Assembly: GCA_035569355.1 (NCBI GenBank)
Contig: DATMNF010000145.1
Location: 1,645 to 65,644 of the forward strand
Source of the DNA: Steroidobacteraceae bacterium
GTDB taxonomy: Bacteria; Pseudomonadota; Gammaproteobacteria; Steroidobacterales; Steroidobacteraceae
Direction of reading: 5' to 3'
Length of the DNA: 64,000 nucleotides
Position numbers and translations under genes: made by a program. Shown here piece after piece: positions 1 through 10,494 of this stretch. The notes under the pieces are model-generated. The model did not search any database, was not told the origin of the DNA, and saw nothing but the letters and a program-made list of their open reading frames with translations. Every line of letters starts with the position of its first letter. The stretch's first letter is position 1.

Positions 1-2000
<2,000 letters not shown>

Positions 2001-2025
2001 GAATTCATGATAGGGTACTGACCCC

Positions 2026-2349
2026 ATGAGGATTTTTGCGGTCATACTTGGCCTCGCGTTGATCTCGCTGCAATACCGGCTCTGGCTTTCGGATCAGGGT
2101 TTGCGCGAGGTATCACGCCTGCAGGCTGCAGTCGATGCGCAAGCGTCGGCGAATCGTGAACAGGGCGCGCGCAACCGGCAATTGATTGCGGAGGTGGCCG
2201 ACCTCAAAGTCGGCCTGACCGCGCTCGAGGAGCGCGCCCGCAGCGAACTCGGCATGGTCGGCAACAGCGAAACCTTCTACCAGGTCGTGACCGCGGCGAC
2301 TCCCGCTCCTGCAGCACCTGCTACGGCCGTCACCGCGCGCGCGCAGTGA
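2026..2349 (+). CDS. ftsB: cell division protein FtsB
   Basis: 107 aa with an N-terminal TM helix plus coiled coil (LQYRLW...GL..V..L, ARSELGM). Sits in the eno-ftsB-ispD position as in other Gammaproteobacteria. Confidence 0.85.
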   Translation: MRIFAVILGLALISLQYRLWLSDQGLREVSRLQAAVDAQASANREQGARNRQLIAEVADLKVGLTALEERARSELGMVGNSETFYQVVTAATPAPAAPATAVTARAQ

Positions 2350-3572
2350 TGCTGAGTGCCGCGTCGCCGCGCGTCTGGGCGATCGTTCCTGCCGCGGGTC
2401 GCGGCGCGCGCTTTGCGGCGTCGGCTGACCGAGCGGTCCCAAAGCAATACGCGCCATTGCTCGGCGCAACCGTTCTGGAATGGTCGTTGCGCGCACTTTT
2501 GGCTGAGCCGCGGGTGCACGCCGTGGTCGTGGCGCTCGCTCCCGGCGATGCACATTGGCCGAGCATTGCCGCCAAGCTCAACTCCGCCAAACTGCAAACC
2601 GTCGCGGGCGGCGAGAACCGGCAGGATTCGGTATCGAACGGGCTCGATCTGCTGGCGTCGCAAGCCGACGCCGCCGACTGGATCGTGGTGCACGATGCCG
2701 CGCGACCCTGTCTGAACGCCGCGGATCTCGACGCATTGCTCGACGCCCTCGAGACCGCGCGGGGCGGCGCCGGCGCTCTCGCGGCCGGCGCGGTCCTTGC
2801 CGCGCCGATAGTCGACACCGTCAAGCGCGAACTCGGGGGTCATGTTGCAACGGTGGACCGCCAGGGCCTGTGGCGAGCACTGACCCCGCAAGTGTTTGCC
2901 TTCGCGCAATTGCGCCATGCGCTGAAAGAAGCGGCGCTCGCGGGCGTTGCGGTAACCGATGAGGCGCAGGCCATCGAACGCATGGGTTTGCAGCCGAAGC
3001 TCGTGCAAGGCTCGCCGTTCAACGTCAAAGTGACCCGCGCCGAGGATCTCGGCGTCGCGGAGAGGATCTTGAAAATGACGGAAGGCAGCGCGATGAGGGT
3101 CGGGCAAGGCTTCGACGTGCACGCCTACGGGCCGGGCGACCACGTCATTCTGGGGGGCGTGCACATCGCGCATGAGAAGGGTGTGGTGGCGCACTCGGAT
3201 GGCGATGTGGTCATTCACGCCCTTTGCGACGCGATTCTCGGGGCGCTCGGCGACGGCGATATCGGCCTGCACTTTCCCGACAGCGACCCGCGATACCGCG
3301 GCGCCGACAGCCGCATATTCCTCCGGGCCGTGGCCGCGCGCCTGCGGGCGGCCGGCCTGAAAATACTCAATGCGGACGTCACGGTGCTCGCCGAAGCGCC
3401 GCGAATTGCCGCGCATCGCGGCGCCATGGCGGCAAATCTTTCCGCGGATCTGGGCGTTCGCACGCAGCTCGTCAATATCAAGGCCACCACCACGGAGCGG
3501 TTGGGGTTCATAGGCCGCGGCGAAGGTTTGGCGGCGCTCGCTTCGGTGTTGTTGGGGCCCTCGGGGGAGTAG
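2346..3572 (+). CDS. ispDF: bifunctional 2-C-methyl-D-erythritol 4-phosphate cytidylyltransferase / MEcPP synthase (fused IspD-IspF)
   Basis: The N-terminal half has IspD motifs (AIVPAAGRG.RF, VHDAARP). From M250 (nt 3093) the sequence is a full IspF (MRVGQGFDVHA..., HSDGDV..HA..DA.LGA...GDIG..FP). There is no in-frame stop between the halves, only a 6-aa linker. Confidence 0.88.
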   Translation: MMLSAASPRVWAIVPAAGRGARFAASADRAVPKQYAPLLGATVLEWSLRALLAEPRVHAVVVALAPGDAHWPSIAAKLNSAKLQTVAGGENRQDSVSNGLDLLASQADAADWIVVHDAARPCLNAADLDALLDALETARGGAGALAAGAVLAAPIVDTVKRELGGHVATVDRQGLWRALTPQVFAFAQLRHALKEAALAGVAVTDEAQAIERMGLQPKLVQGSPFNVKVTRAEDLGVAERILKMTEGSAMRVGQGFDVHAYGPGDHVILGGVHIAHEKGVVAHSDGDVVIHALCDAILGALGDGDIGLHFPDSDPRYRGADSRIFLRAVAARLRAAGLKILNADVTVLAEAPRIAAHRGAMAANLSADLGVRTQLVNIKATTTERLGFIGRGEGLAALASVLLGPSGE

Positions 3573-4652
3573 GTGCGCGGCAGGCGAGCCGATGCGTGGA
3601 CTCGCGCGGCATTGCATCCGCCCCGAGCGCATGGCGCCTCGTTGCCGGCGGCGCAGCTAAAGGCCTCGCCCGAGGATTTCTACGTCGAGGAACAGTTGTC
3701 GTTCCAACCGTCCGGGGCGGGACCGCATTGGTTGTTGCGAGTGGAAAAGCGCACCGCCAATACGCACTGGGTAGCGGCCGAGCTCGCACGGCTGGCGGGA
3801 GTGGCCGGCGGCGAGGTGGGCTTCGCCGGACTCAAGGACCGGCATGCGGTTGCCGTGCAGTGGTTCAGCGTGCCGAGACGCGCAACGACCGCAGACTTCT
3901 GGATCCACGCGCACACCGCCGAATTCAAAGTGCTCGAGGCGCACGCCAACTCGCGCAAGCTGAGGCGCGGTGCGCTGTCGGGCAACCGTTTCCGGATCCG
4001 CCTGCGCAATGTGACATGGTCGCGAGAGGAATTGGAGCAGAAGCTGTGCGCGTTGCGCACTCATGGCGCGCCTAACTATTTCGGGGCGCAACGCTTTGGG
4101 CGCGACGGCTGTAATCTCGACCGGGTTGCGGGATGGGTGCAAAGCGGAGTTGCGCCGCGAGGCCGCGCCGAGCGCAGCTTTGCGCTCTCGGCCGGGCGAT
4201 CGCTGATCTTCAATGCGGTGCTTGCGCGGCGGGTGGCGGCGGGCGACTGGTCGCAGCTCGGGCTTGGCGATCTGGCCAGTCTCGATGGCAGCGGCAGCCA
4301 CTTTTCCGTCACCGCGGTCGATGACGAGTTGCGCCGCCGCCTCGACGCATTCGATATCCATCCCTCGGGGCCCCTGTGGGGTCGGGGCGATCCGGCGAGC
4401 CAGGGAGAGGCTCGGCGGCATGAACTAGACGCCGCGCGCGAATTCAGCGCGGCGGCCGATTTGCTCGCCGCTCAAGGCTTGGAGCAGGAACGACGCTCGC
4501 TGCGCAGCGCCGTTCGCGAACTATCGAACGAGCGCGACGGCAGCACGCTGACCTTGAGCTTTTTGCTTGGACGGGGGCAGTTCGCGACCGCGGTGCTGCG
4601 CGAAATATGCGAAATCGAAGGCGTCCCGGAGCTCGATGCCGGCGAGGACTGA
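3573..4652 (+). CDS. truD: tRNA pseudouridine(13) synthase TruD
   Basis: FYVEE.L.F.PSG.G.H..L.VEK...NT..VA..LA, GFAGLKD..A...QWFSV, PNYFG.QRFG motifs. GTG start directly after the ispDF stop. Confidence 0.9.
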   Translation: MRGRRADAWTRAALHPPRAHGASLPAAQLKASPEDFYVEEQLSFQPSGAGPHWLLRVEKRTANTHWVAAELARLAGVAGGEVGFAGLKDRHAVAVQWFSVPRRATTADFWIHAHTAEFKVLEAHANSRKLRRGALSGNRFRIRLRNVTWSREELEQKLCALRTHGAPNYFGAQRFGRDGCNLDRVAGWVQSGVAPRGRAERSFALSAGRSLIFNAVLARRVAAGDWSQLGLGDLASLDGSGSHFSVTAVDDELRRRLDAFDIHPSGPLWGRGDPASQGEARRHELDAAREFSAAADLLAAQGLEQERRSLRSAVRELSNERDGSTLTLSFLLGRGQFATAVLREICEIEGVPELDAGED

Positions 4653-4683
4653 TCAGCGGTCATCGATTCACATGCCCATCGAT

Positions 4684-5376
4684 TCACATGCCGGCTCGCA
4701 TGAACTCAAGTACGGCCGCTGCGCATTCGGCAGGGCGGGTTTGCAGCAGCAGATGGGGTCCATCGATCTCGATGAGCCTTGCACCGGGCAGCGTTCTCAA
4801 GATTGCCTGCGTTGCCACGCGCGAAATTACCCGGTCTCGCCGGGCGCGCAGCACGAGCATCGGCATCCGGATGCGGCCAAGCGATGCGCTTTCATCGACC
4901 GCCAGCAAGGCGGCGATGCGATGACGAATGACGGCTGGCGACACGCCGGCGATGGCCCGCTCCATTTGGGCGGGAGCGCGCTGCGGCGAGGCGGAACCCC
5001 ACATCAGCGGCGCCCTGAGCCAACGTGGGAGTGCCTTCAGCGGCAGGTAGGCGGCCAGCGGGCGCGCCCAGCCGAGCCGGGGAAACGGGTTCTTGGCGAA
5101 GGTCGCGCAAAGGATGACGCCTGCCAGCCCCGTGGGCGCGCGCGCAGCGATACGAATCGCAATGGGCCCCGAAAAGGATTCGCCCAGGAGAAAAAACGAT
5201 CGATCTCCCGGCAGCGCGGCCGACACCAGCGCCTCGAGATCGTCATAGCCCAGGGGCTGCTCCTTAGGGTAGCCCACGATGCGCGAATCGACGCTCGCGC
5301 CTAGACTCGTCACGAATTCCGCGAACAGCTTTCCGGTGCCGTCGAGCCCCGGCAGCAAGATCAGAGCCGGGATCAC
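4684..5376 (-). CDS. alpha/beta-fold hydrolase
   Basis: 230 aa with an LLPGLDGTG oxyanion region and a GESFSG nucleophile elbow (G-x-S-x-G). Its start overlaps the upstream gene stop by 4 nt. Confidence 0.75.
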   Translation of the reverse strand: MIPALILLPGLDGTGKLFAEFVTSLGASVDSRIVGYPKEQPLGYDDLEALVSAALPGDRSFFLLGESFSGPIAIRIAARAPTGLAGVILCATFAKNPFPRLGWARPLAAYLPLKALPRWLRAPLMWGSASPQRAPAQMERAIAGVSPAVIRHRIAALLAVDESASLGRIRMPMLVLRARRDRVISRVATQAILRTLPGARLIEIDGPHLLLQTRPAECAAAVLEFMRAGM

Positions 5377-5936
5377 AGAACGTTGAACACCGCTTCCTGC
5401 CGCGCCAGACGTCCGCGCTGGTCCGCGACGAGCAGCACGAGCCGGTGATGCCCATGCGGCAGCTGGGCGCCGGTCACGTGCAGTCCCTGTTCCGAGACCG
5501 TCACGCGATCGGTGATCCGCTTGGTAATGTCCATGGTGACCAATCCCAGGTAGCAGACGCGGAAGGTTTCCGGCCGGATGTGCGTGGTGCCGACCGGGAC
5601 GAACTGCAGGTCGATATCAACCGGCATGAGCAGGGGTTTTTCGAGCACCGGTGCGACGATCCTTATTTTCGGATTGTCGGCGTCGTTATCGCCCGTGGAG
5701 CGGCAAGTCGGCGCTCCATTGTCCTCGCCCAAATCGCGCGTTCTGAATTCCTCCGACTCCTTCGGTTTCGTGCTGTTCCATGCCGCTGCCTCGCTCTCGG
5801 TCACGAGGTCGAATGCGGCCTTGGACTGGGTCGGCGGAACCGCGGACTCCTGTGCAAATGAATTGCTCGTCAATTCCGCCAAGAATGCCGTCAGCACGAT
5901 GATTCCCGCACGCGAGACTCGCATCAGATTCGTCAT
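5373..5936 (-). CDS. hypothetical secreted protein (signal peptide, no recognised domain)
   Basis: ATG at 5936 preceded by GAGGTGG. N-terminus MTNLMRVSRAGIIVLTAFLAELTSNSFA-QE looks like a Sec signal. Codon usage matches its neighbours. Family not recognised. Confidence 0.55.
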   Translation of the reverse strand: MTNLMRVSRAGIIVLTAFLAELTSNSFAQESAVPPTQSKAAFDLVTESEAAAWNSTKPKESEEFRTRDLGEDNGAPTCRSTGDNDADNPKIRIVAPVLEKPLLMPVDIDLQFVPVGTTHIRPETFRVCYLGLVTMDITKRITDRVTVSEQGLHVTGAQLPHGHHRLVLLVADQRGRLARQEAVFNVL

Positions 5937-5965
5937 GGCCACCTCGGTTCGCCGTTCATGAGAAA

Positions 5966-6553
5966 TCAAGCTCGAAGCAATACGTACATGGCGCCGGTGC
6001 CCCCATCGATGGCGCGCGCGGACACGAATGCCATGACGTCGGCGTGCCGGCGCAGCCAAAGGTTCACCGCCGTCTTGAGCACCGGGCCGCGGGCGCCCGA
6101 ACGATAACCCTTGCCGTGTATGACTCTAACGCAGCGGCGGCCCGCGTCGCGGCTGTGTTCGATGAATTCGGCGAGCCGATTGCGCGCCGCCGCTTGATTT
6201 AGCCCGTGAAGATCCAGCTCATCTTCGATCGGGTAGAGACCGCGGCGCAATCGCCGAATGACTTGAATTCGCACGCCGGCGCGCTGAAAGGACAGCGCTC
6301 CTTCGCGGCTCGCGACGTCCGTCATCGAAGCTGCTTCGTCCGCCCCGAGGTCGCCAACCAGAGGCATTGCCGCACCGAGCTCATCGGCCGCCGAGGTCCG
6401 CTTCGCGCGCGCGGGTGCACGCCGTTTGGGCTTCTCGAGTCCCGCCGCCAATGGCGCGTGCGCCAGCGGCTTCACGTCGCGCATGGCCGCGCGAAATGTT
6501 TCGGCATCGCCTTCGACGGCGGCAATTCGATCCAAAGAGCGCGGCTTCGCCAT
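5966..6553 (-). CDS. Smr/MutS2-C domain protein (SmrA-like endonuclease)
   Basis: C-terminal Smr domain (LDLHGL....A...L..F......G.RCV.VIHGKG......PVLK..V..WL). Start set at MAKPRSL (nt 6553); the longer ORF-track extension is Arg-rich and implausible. Confidence 0.8.
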   Translation of the reverse strand: MAKPRSLDRIAAVEGDAETFRAAMRDVKPLAHAPLAAGLEKPKRRAPARAKRTSAADELGAAMPLVGDLGADEAASMTDVASREGALSFQRAGVRIQVIRRLRRGLYPIEDELDLHGLNQAAARNRLAEFIEHSRDAGRRCVRVIHGKGYRSGARGPVLKTAVNLWLRRHADVMAFVSARAIDGGTGAMYVLLRA

Positions 6554-6640
6554 GCGTACGACTCGGCTATCGGGGCTTCCAGGGTTACAGTATAGTCCGC
6601 ACGGCGGCACCCGCCAGCTTGGGGCAGGCTGTGATATCTC

Positions 6641-7405
6641 GTGAAAATCCTCCTTTCGAATGACGACGGCTACCGTGCCGAGGGCTTGACTGCGCTGGGG
6701 CTGGCGCTCGAGCCGTTGGGCGAGGTGACCATCGTTGCGCCGGACCGTAATCGCAGCGGTGCGAGCAACTCGCTGACTCTCGACGTGCCGGTGCGCGCGG
6801 CGCGTTACGACACCGATGCCTACTATGTCAACGGTACGCCCACCGACTGCGTGCATCTGGCGATTTCCGGACTATTCGACTTCGAGCACGACATCGTCGT
6901 GTCGGGGGTCAATGACGGCGCGAATCTAGGCGATGACACCTTGTACTCGGGGACGGTTGCCGCCGCCGTTGAAGGCCGGTTTCTCGGTCTGCCCGCCGTC
7001 GCGGTGTCGCTGTGCGTCGAGCCCGGAAGTCCGCGCAATTTTGCCTCCGCTGCGCAAGTGGCGGCACAGCTGGTGCGGCGAATGTCGCAAGACCGGTTGC
7101 AAGGACCGGAAGTAGGTTCCATCATTCTGAACGTCAATGTGCCGGATCTACCCGACGGCCAGTTGCGCGGCATCCGGGTGACCCGGCTCGGCAACCGGCA
7201 TCGCAGCAAGCCGATCGTGAAAGCGAAAGATCCGCGGGGGCGCAACGTCTATTGGGTTGGCAACGCCGGTGCCGGTCAGGACGCCGGGCCAGGTACCGAT
7301 TTTCACGCCGTGGCCGAGGGGTTTGCGTCGATCACTCCATTGCAAATCGATTTGACGCGTCACGCCGCTCTGCCCGAACTGCAGAAGTGGCTGAAGCTTG
7401 AGTAG
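6641..7405 (+). CDS. surE: 5'/3'-nucleotidase SurE
   Basis: MKILLSNDDGY.A.G...L.......G.V.IVAPDRNRSG.S.SLT; GTG start; surE-pcm-nlpD synteny. Confidence 0.92.
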   Translation: MKILLSNDDGYRAEGLTALGLALEPLGEVTIVAPDRNRSGASNSLTLDVPVRAARYDTDAYYVNGTPTDCVHLAISGLFDFEHDIVVSGVNDGANLGDDTLYSGTVAAAVEGRFLGLPAVAVSLCVEPGSPRNFASAAQVAAQLVRRMSQDRLQGPEVGSIILNVNVPDLPDGQLRGIRVTRLGNRHRSKPIVKAKDPRGRNVYWVGNAGAGQDAGPGTDFHAVAEGFASITPLQIDLTRHAALPELQKWLKLE

Positions 7406-7409
7406 TTTT

Positions 7410-8075
7410 ATGGAAGGTCCGCGACTCAGCGGTATAGGCATGACGTCGGCGCGCACCCGGGAACGATTGGTGCAGCGTCTGCGGGAACAAGGCATTGCCG
7501 ATCTGCGCGTGCTCGACCGCATTCAGAATGTGCCGAGGCATCTATTCATGGACGAGGCGCTGGCCAGCCGCGCCTACGAGGATACCGCGCTGCCGATCGG
7601 CTTCGGGCAAACGATCTCCCAACCGTACGTGGTGGCGCGCATGACCGAGGCGCTGCTCGCAGGCGAAGAAACAAAGAAAGTTCTGGAGATCGGCACAGGC
7701 TGCGGATATCAGACGGCGGTGCTGTCGCCCCTGGTAGAGAAAATTTACACGATCGAGCGTATTGCGAGCCTGCTGGGACGTGCGCGGCGTACCTTGCGCG
7801 AGCTCAAGATCCGCAACGTCAATTTCCGTCACGATGATGGAAATGTCGGGTGGGCGGCCCGGGCGCCCTATGATGGAATCCTGTTGACCGCGGCGCCGCA
7901 CACCGTGCCGCCGGCGCTGTTCGAGCAGCTCAGCATTGGCGGCAGACTGATCGCGCCGGTGGGACCGGATGGCCGCCAGGAGCTGTACCGCTACACCAAG
8001 GGTGAGACGCGGATCGAACGCGAGTCGCTCGGCCCCGTGAGTTTCGTACCCTTGCTGTCGGGACTGCAGCGTTAG
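7410..8075 (+). CDS. pcm: protein-L-isoaspartate O-methyltransferase
   Basis: PR..F.......AYED.ALPIG.GQTISQPY.VA.M and VLEIGTGCGYQTAVL motifs. Start uncertain: TTG 7398, ATG 7410 and ATG 7440 are all in frame. Confidence 0.88.
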   Translation: MEGPRLSGIGMTSARTRERLVQRLREQGIADLRVLDRIQNVPRHLFMDEALASRAYEDTALPIGFGQTISQPYVVARMTEALLAGEETKKVLEIGTGCGYQTAVLSPLVEKIYTIERIASLLGRARRTLRELKIRNVNFRHDDGNVGWAARAPYDGILLTAAPHTVPPALFEQLSIGGRLIAPVGPDGRQELYRYTKGETRIERESLGPVSFVPLLSGLQR

Positions 8076-8084
8076 CTGCCAGCG

Positions 8085-8897
8085 TTGCGCGTTCCGCGCT
8101 CGGTTTGCACTGTTGGGTTGTGCTGCCTTTTGCTGGGCGCATGCGCGGATACCGCCGGCGACGGTCCGGAGAACTATGTTGTCCGTCCGGAGGACACGCT
8201 CTACAGTATTGCGTGGCGCCATAACCTCGACTTTCGCGACTTGGCGCGTTGGAACAACATCGGCGGCGACTACCGCATCGCCGTTGGGCAAGTGCTGGTG
8301 TTGGGCCCCATGCCGGGCGCAGAGCCTGCTCCAGGCACCGCACCCGTAGCGCGCGCCGCGACGCCGGCGCCCTCAGTCTCCAGCGCCTCTGCAGGCTCGC
8401 GTGCGCCTGATGTGCCGCAAGTGAGCAAGCCGCAACCGCTGCCACAACCGGAATCGAGGAGTGCAGCGCGCGGCACCTCATCGCCGCTCGGCACTCCCAT
8501 CGCGCCCGAACCCAAAGCGGCGCATGCGCCGAACAGTCGCGCCGAGCGATGGGTTTGGCCGACCGACCGGACCGGAGCCCCCCGTCCGGTGCCGGGCGGC
8601 GGCATTCTTTTGCCGGGGCGGTTGGGACAAGATGTGCGAGCCGCAAGTGCGGGTCGAGTGGTTTACACCGGCAGCGGTTTGCGCGGCTACGGCAATCTGA
8701 TCATCATCAAGCACGCCGACAGCTTGCTGTCCGCGTACGCCCACAACCGCGAGATGCTGGTCCACGACGGGCAAGATGTCGCGGCAGGTCAAGTGATCGC
8801 GCACATGGGAGAAGGTGCACACAACGCGGCGATTTTGTACTTCGAACTGCGCCAGAACGGCAGGCCGATCGATCCGTTGCCCTTCCTTCCCAGATGA
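8085..8897 (+). CDS. nlpD: murein hydrolase activator NlpD (lipoprotein, LysM + M23 peptidase domains)
   Basis: Lipobox LLLGAC, LysM (YVVRPEDTLYSIAWRHN.DFRDLARWNNI), a Pro/Ala-rich linker and a C-terminal M23 domain (GNLIIIKH....LSAYAHN). Located downstream of pcm. Confidence 0.85.
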   Translation: MRVPRSVCTVGLCCLLLGACADTAGDGPENYVVRPEDTLYSIAWRHNLDFRDLARWNNIGGDYRIAVGQVLVLGPMPGAEPAPGTAPVARAATPAPSVSSASAGSRAPDVPQVSKPQPLPQPESRSAARGTSSPLGTPIAPEPKAAHAPNSRAERWVWPTDRTGAPRPVPGGGILLPGRLGQDVRAASAGRVVYTGSGLRGYGNLIIIKHADSLLSAYAHNREMLVHDGQDVAAGQVIAHMGEGAHNAAILYFELRQNGRPIDPLPFLPR

Positions 8898-9135
8898 GTT
8901 GTCTTCAAATAAGTTACGTATATAGCTGATTTATCTATACTTTAGAGTAAATCGTCGCCAACTTGCGACCGTACTGAGCGTGTGTTTAACTGTGCGCTGA
9001 TCGGGAAAGTCCATTTGCGGGGCGCTGTAAGCTTACACGGGGTCAGAGGGATAAAAGAGTAACAAGATCAAGAAGAAGTACAATAAATCTCGGAACCAAA
9101 TTGATCGTGAGCCGTAAGCGCCCTGCCATTTTATT

Positions 9136-9507
9136 CTAGTTGACCATCAGCAATGCGACGACGCGGCGTTGCTCCGCGACGAGCACGTTGAACGTACGGC
9201 ACGCTGCGCCCGTATCCATAACTTCCAAACCGATTCCTGCGCTCAAGAATCGAGCGCGGAAAGAAGCGGCCGGGAAAATCTGGCGCTCCCCCGTGCCCAA
9301 CAGAACGAGTTCCGGATCCAGCGCGAGGATGCGCGACGGATCGAGCGCGATGAGATCATTCATGTCCCGAATCTCGGGCTCCGTCAGAACTCCCGATGCG
9401 CTCACGATCACGGTCTCGCGATAAGTATCATCGTCGATGCGCAGCTCGCCCCGGGCATAGGCGCGGATCAGGTGAGTGCCGGAACTCGAGTCTTGGGTGA
9501 AGCGCAT
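9136..9507 (-). CDS. Mth938/DUF498-family protein
   Basis: About 124 aa from MRFTQDSS; LLLGTGE.Q.FP and G.G.EVMDT.AACRT.N.L..E.R.V.A.L are typical of the Mth938-like family. The longer 146-aa version would collide with the divergent neighbour. Confidence 0.7.
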   Translation of the reverse strand: MRFTQDSSSGTHLIRAYARGELRIDDDTYRETVIVSASGVLTEPEIRDMNDLIALDPSRILALDPELVLLGTGERQIFPAASFRARFLSAGIGLEVMDTGAACRTFNVLVAEQRRVVALLMVN

Positions 9508-9543
9508 CTTTCGTAAGATACTGAATTTGATGCCGGAGCGTTC

Positions 9544-10494
9544 GTGCAATCGAGGCATTATTTTCGTTTTACTCAATGCCGTGCGGCCAGCCGGAAACGT
9601 TCCAAGTTACTGGAAGGATTGCTGGCGCGCGCCGACGCGGTCACGACCGTAACCGATTGGCGTGCCGACGCGTTTGCCGTCATTGCGGAGCCTGCGGCCG
9701 CCATGCCCGGTGTTGCTGCAGCCGCCTTGTACAGCGAACGAGGTCCGGTGGATGGCGCGTCGGTGTTCATCGCGACACCCGTGCATTATGCGGCCGAAAT
9801 GAGCAATGTGCGGTTGGCCGCGGACGGTATCCTATCGCTGCGCGGCTCCGACGCAGAGACTTTGGCGGTCGACTTCAACCGCACATGGAATGACGCCGGA
9901 ATCCGCATGCTCGCCGGCCGCTGCGCCGAGCTATTCTGCGTGTTCGACCAACCGCTCGATGCAACGACCCGCGAGCCGGAGGATGTGCTTGATCGACATA
10001 TCGAAGGGTATCTACCGGCCGGTGCCGGCGCACCGCGTCTGCGGCGGCTCATGAGTGAGATCGAGATGTGGCTGTTCGAGCACGATGTGAATCGAACCCG
10101 AATCGCGGCTGGGGCAACCGCGGTCAACGGTCTGTGGTTGTGGGGAGGCGGAGCTGCACTGACCTCGTTGCCGCTCGTGCGCGGTTGGACCGCAGGCGAT
10201 GATCCCTTGTTCAAGGCGTTCGCCGGGCTGACCGAATCGTCGCGCGGCGCCGGCGCGCAGATCGACGCCCACAACTCAACCGGCTCCGCGGTCATTGTGG
10301 TTGCCGCGGAGCCGGGCACAGCCGCGTGGTGCGATACGGAGTCGCGCCGGCTCGAACGTTCCGTCGCGGATTTGCGCTCCGGCCGCATCGCGCGACTCGA
10401 GCTGTCGGCGCTTGACCGCTGCTTCAGCGTCACCAAGCGATGGCTCTGGCGGCGATGGCGAGCGCGCCGGCCTTGGTGGGAGTCGTTCGCGTGA
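9544..10494 (+). CDS. conserved hypothetical protein (NGLWLWGGG motif family), translationally coupled to recJ
   Basis: 316-aa ORF with native codon usage. Its stop overlaps the recJ GTG start (GTGA at 10491-10494). I recall this motif family carrying generic phosphoglycerate-mutase-like labels in other genomes, but no function is established. Confidence 0.6.
   Translation: MQSRHYFRFTQCRAASRKRSKLLEGLLARADAVTTVTDWRADAFAVIAEPAAAMPGVAAAALYSERGPVDGASVFIATPVHYAAEMSNVRLAADGILSLRGSDAETLAVDFNRTWNDAGIRMLAGRCAELFCVFDQPLDATTREPEDVLDRHIEGYLPAGAGAPRLRRLMSEIEMWLFEHDVNRTRIAAGATAVNGLWLWGGGAALTSLPLVRGWTAGDDPLFKAFAGLTESSRGAGAQIDAHNSTGSAVIVVAAEPGTAAWCDTESRRLERSVADLRSGRIARLELSALDRCFSVTKRWLWRRWRARRPWWESFA

Noticed and set aside
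2277-3632. 451-aa minus-strand ORF and the similar ORFs 2330..2824 and 3224..4075
   Set aside because: Antisense to, or frame-shifted relative to, ispDF and truD. Extreme Arg/Pro/Ala bias with no motifs.
9043-9129. 28-codon hydrophobic minus-strand ORF as a feature call (type I toxin-like peptide)
   Set aside because: No Shine-Dalgarno sequence, no identifiable promoter or antisense partner, and too short to evaluate by composition. Mentioned in a finding but not called as a gene.
8898-9135. AT-rich spacer considered as a prophage, IS or integron remnant, or as a deleted rpoS
   Set aside because: No integrase or transposase fragment, no terminal inverted or direct repeats, no att-like tRNA end, and no residual rpoS-like coding signal in any frame. 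Several gammaproteobacterial lineages with this synteny naturally lack rpoS at this site. It is kept only as an unexplained spacer.
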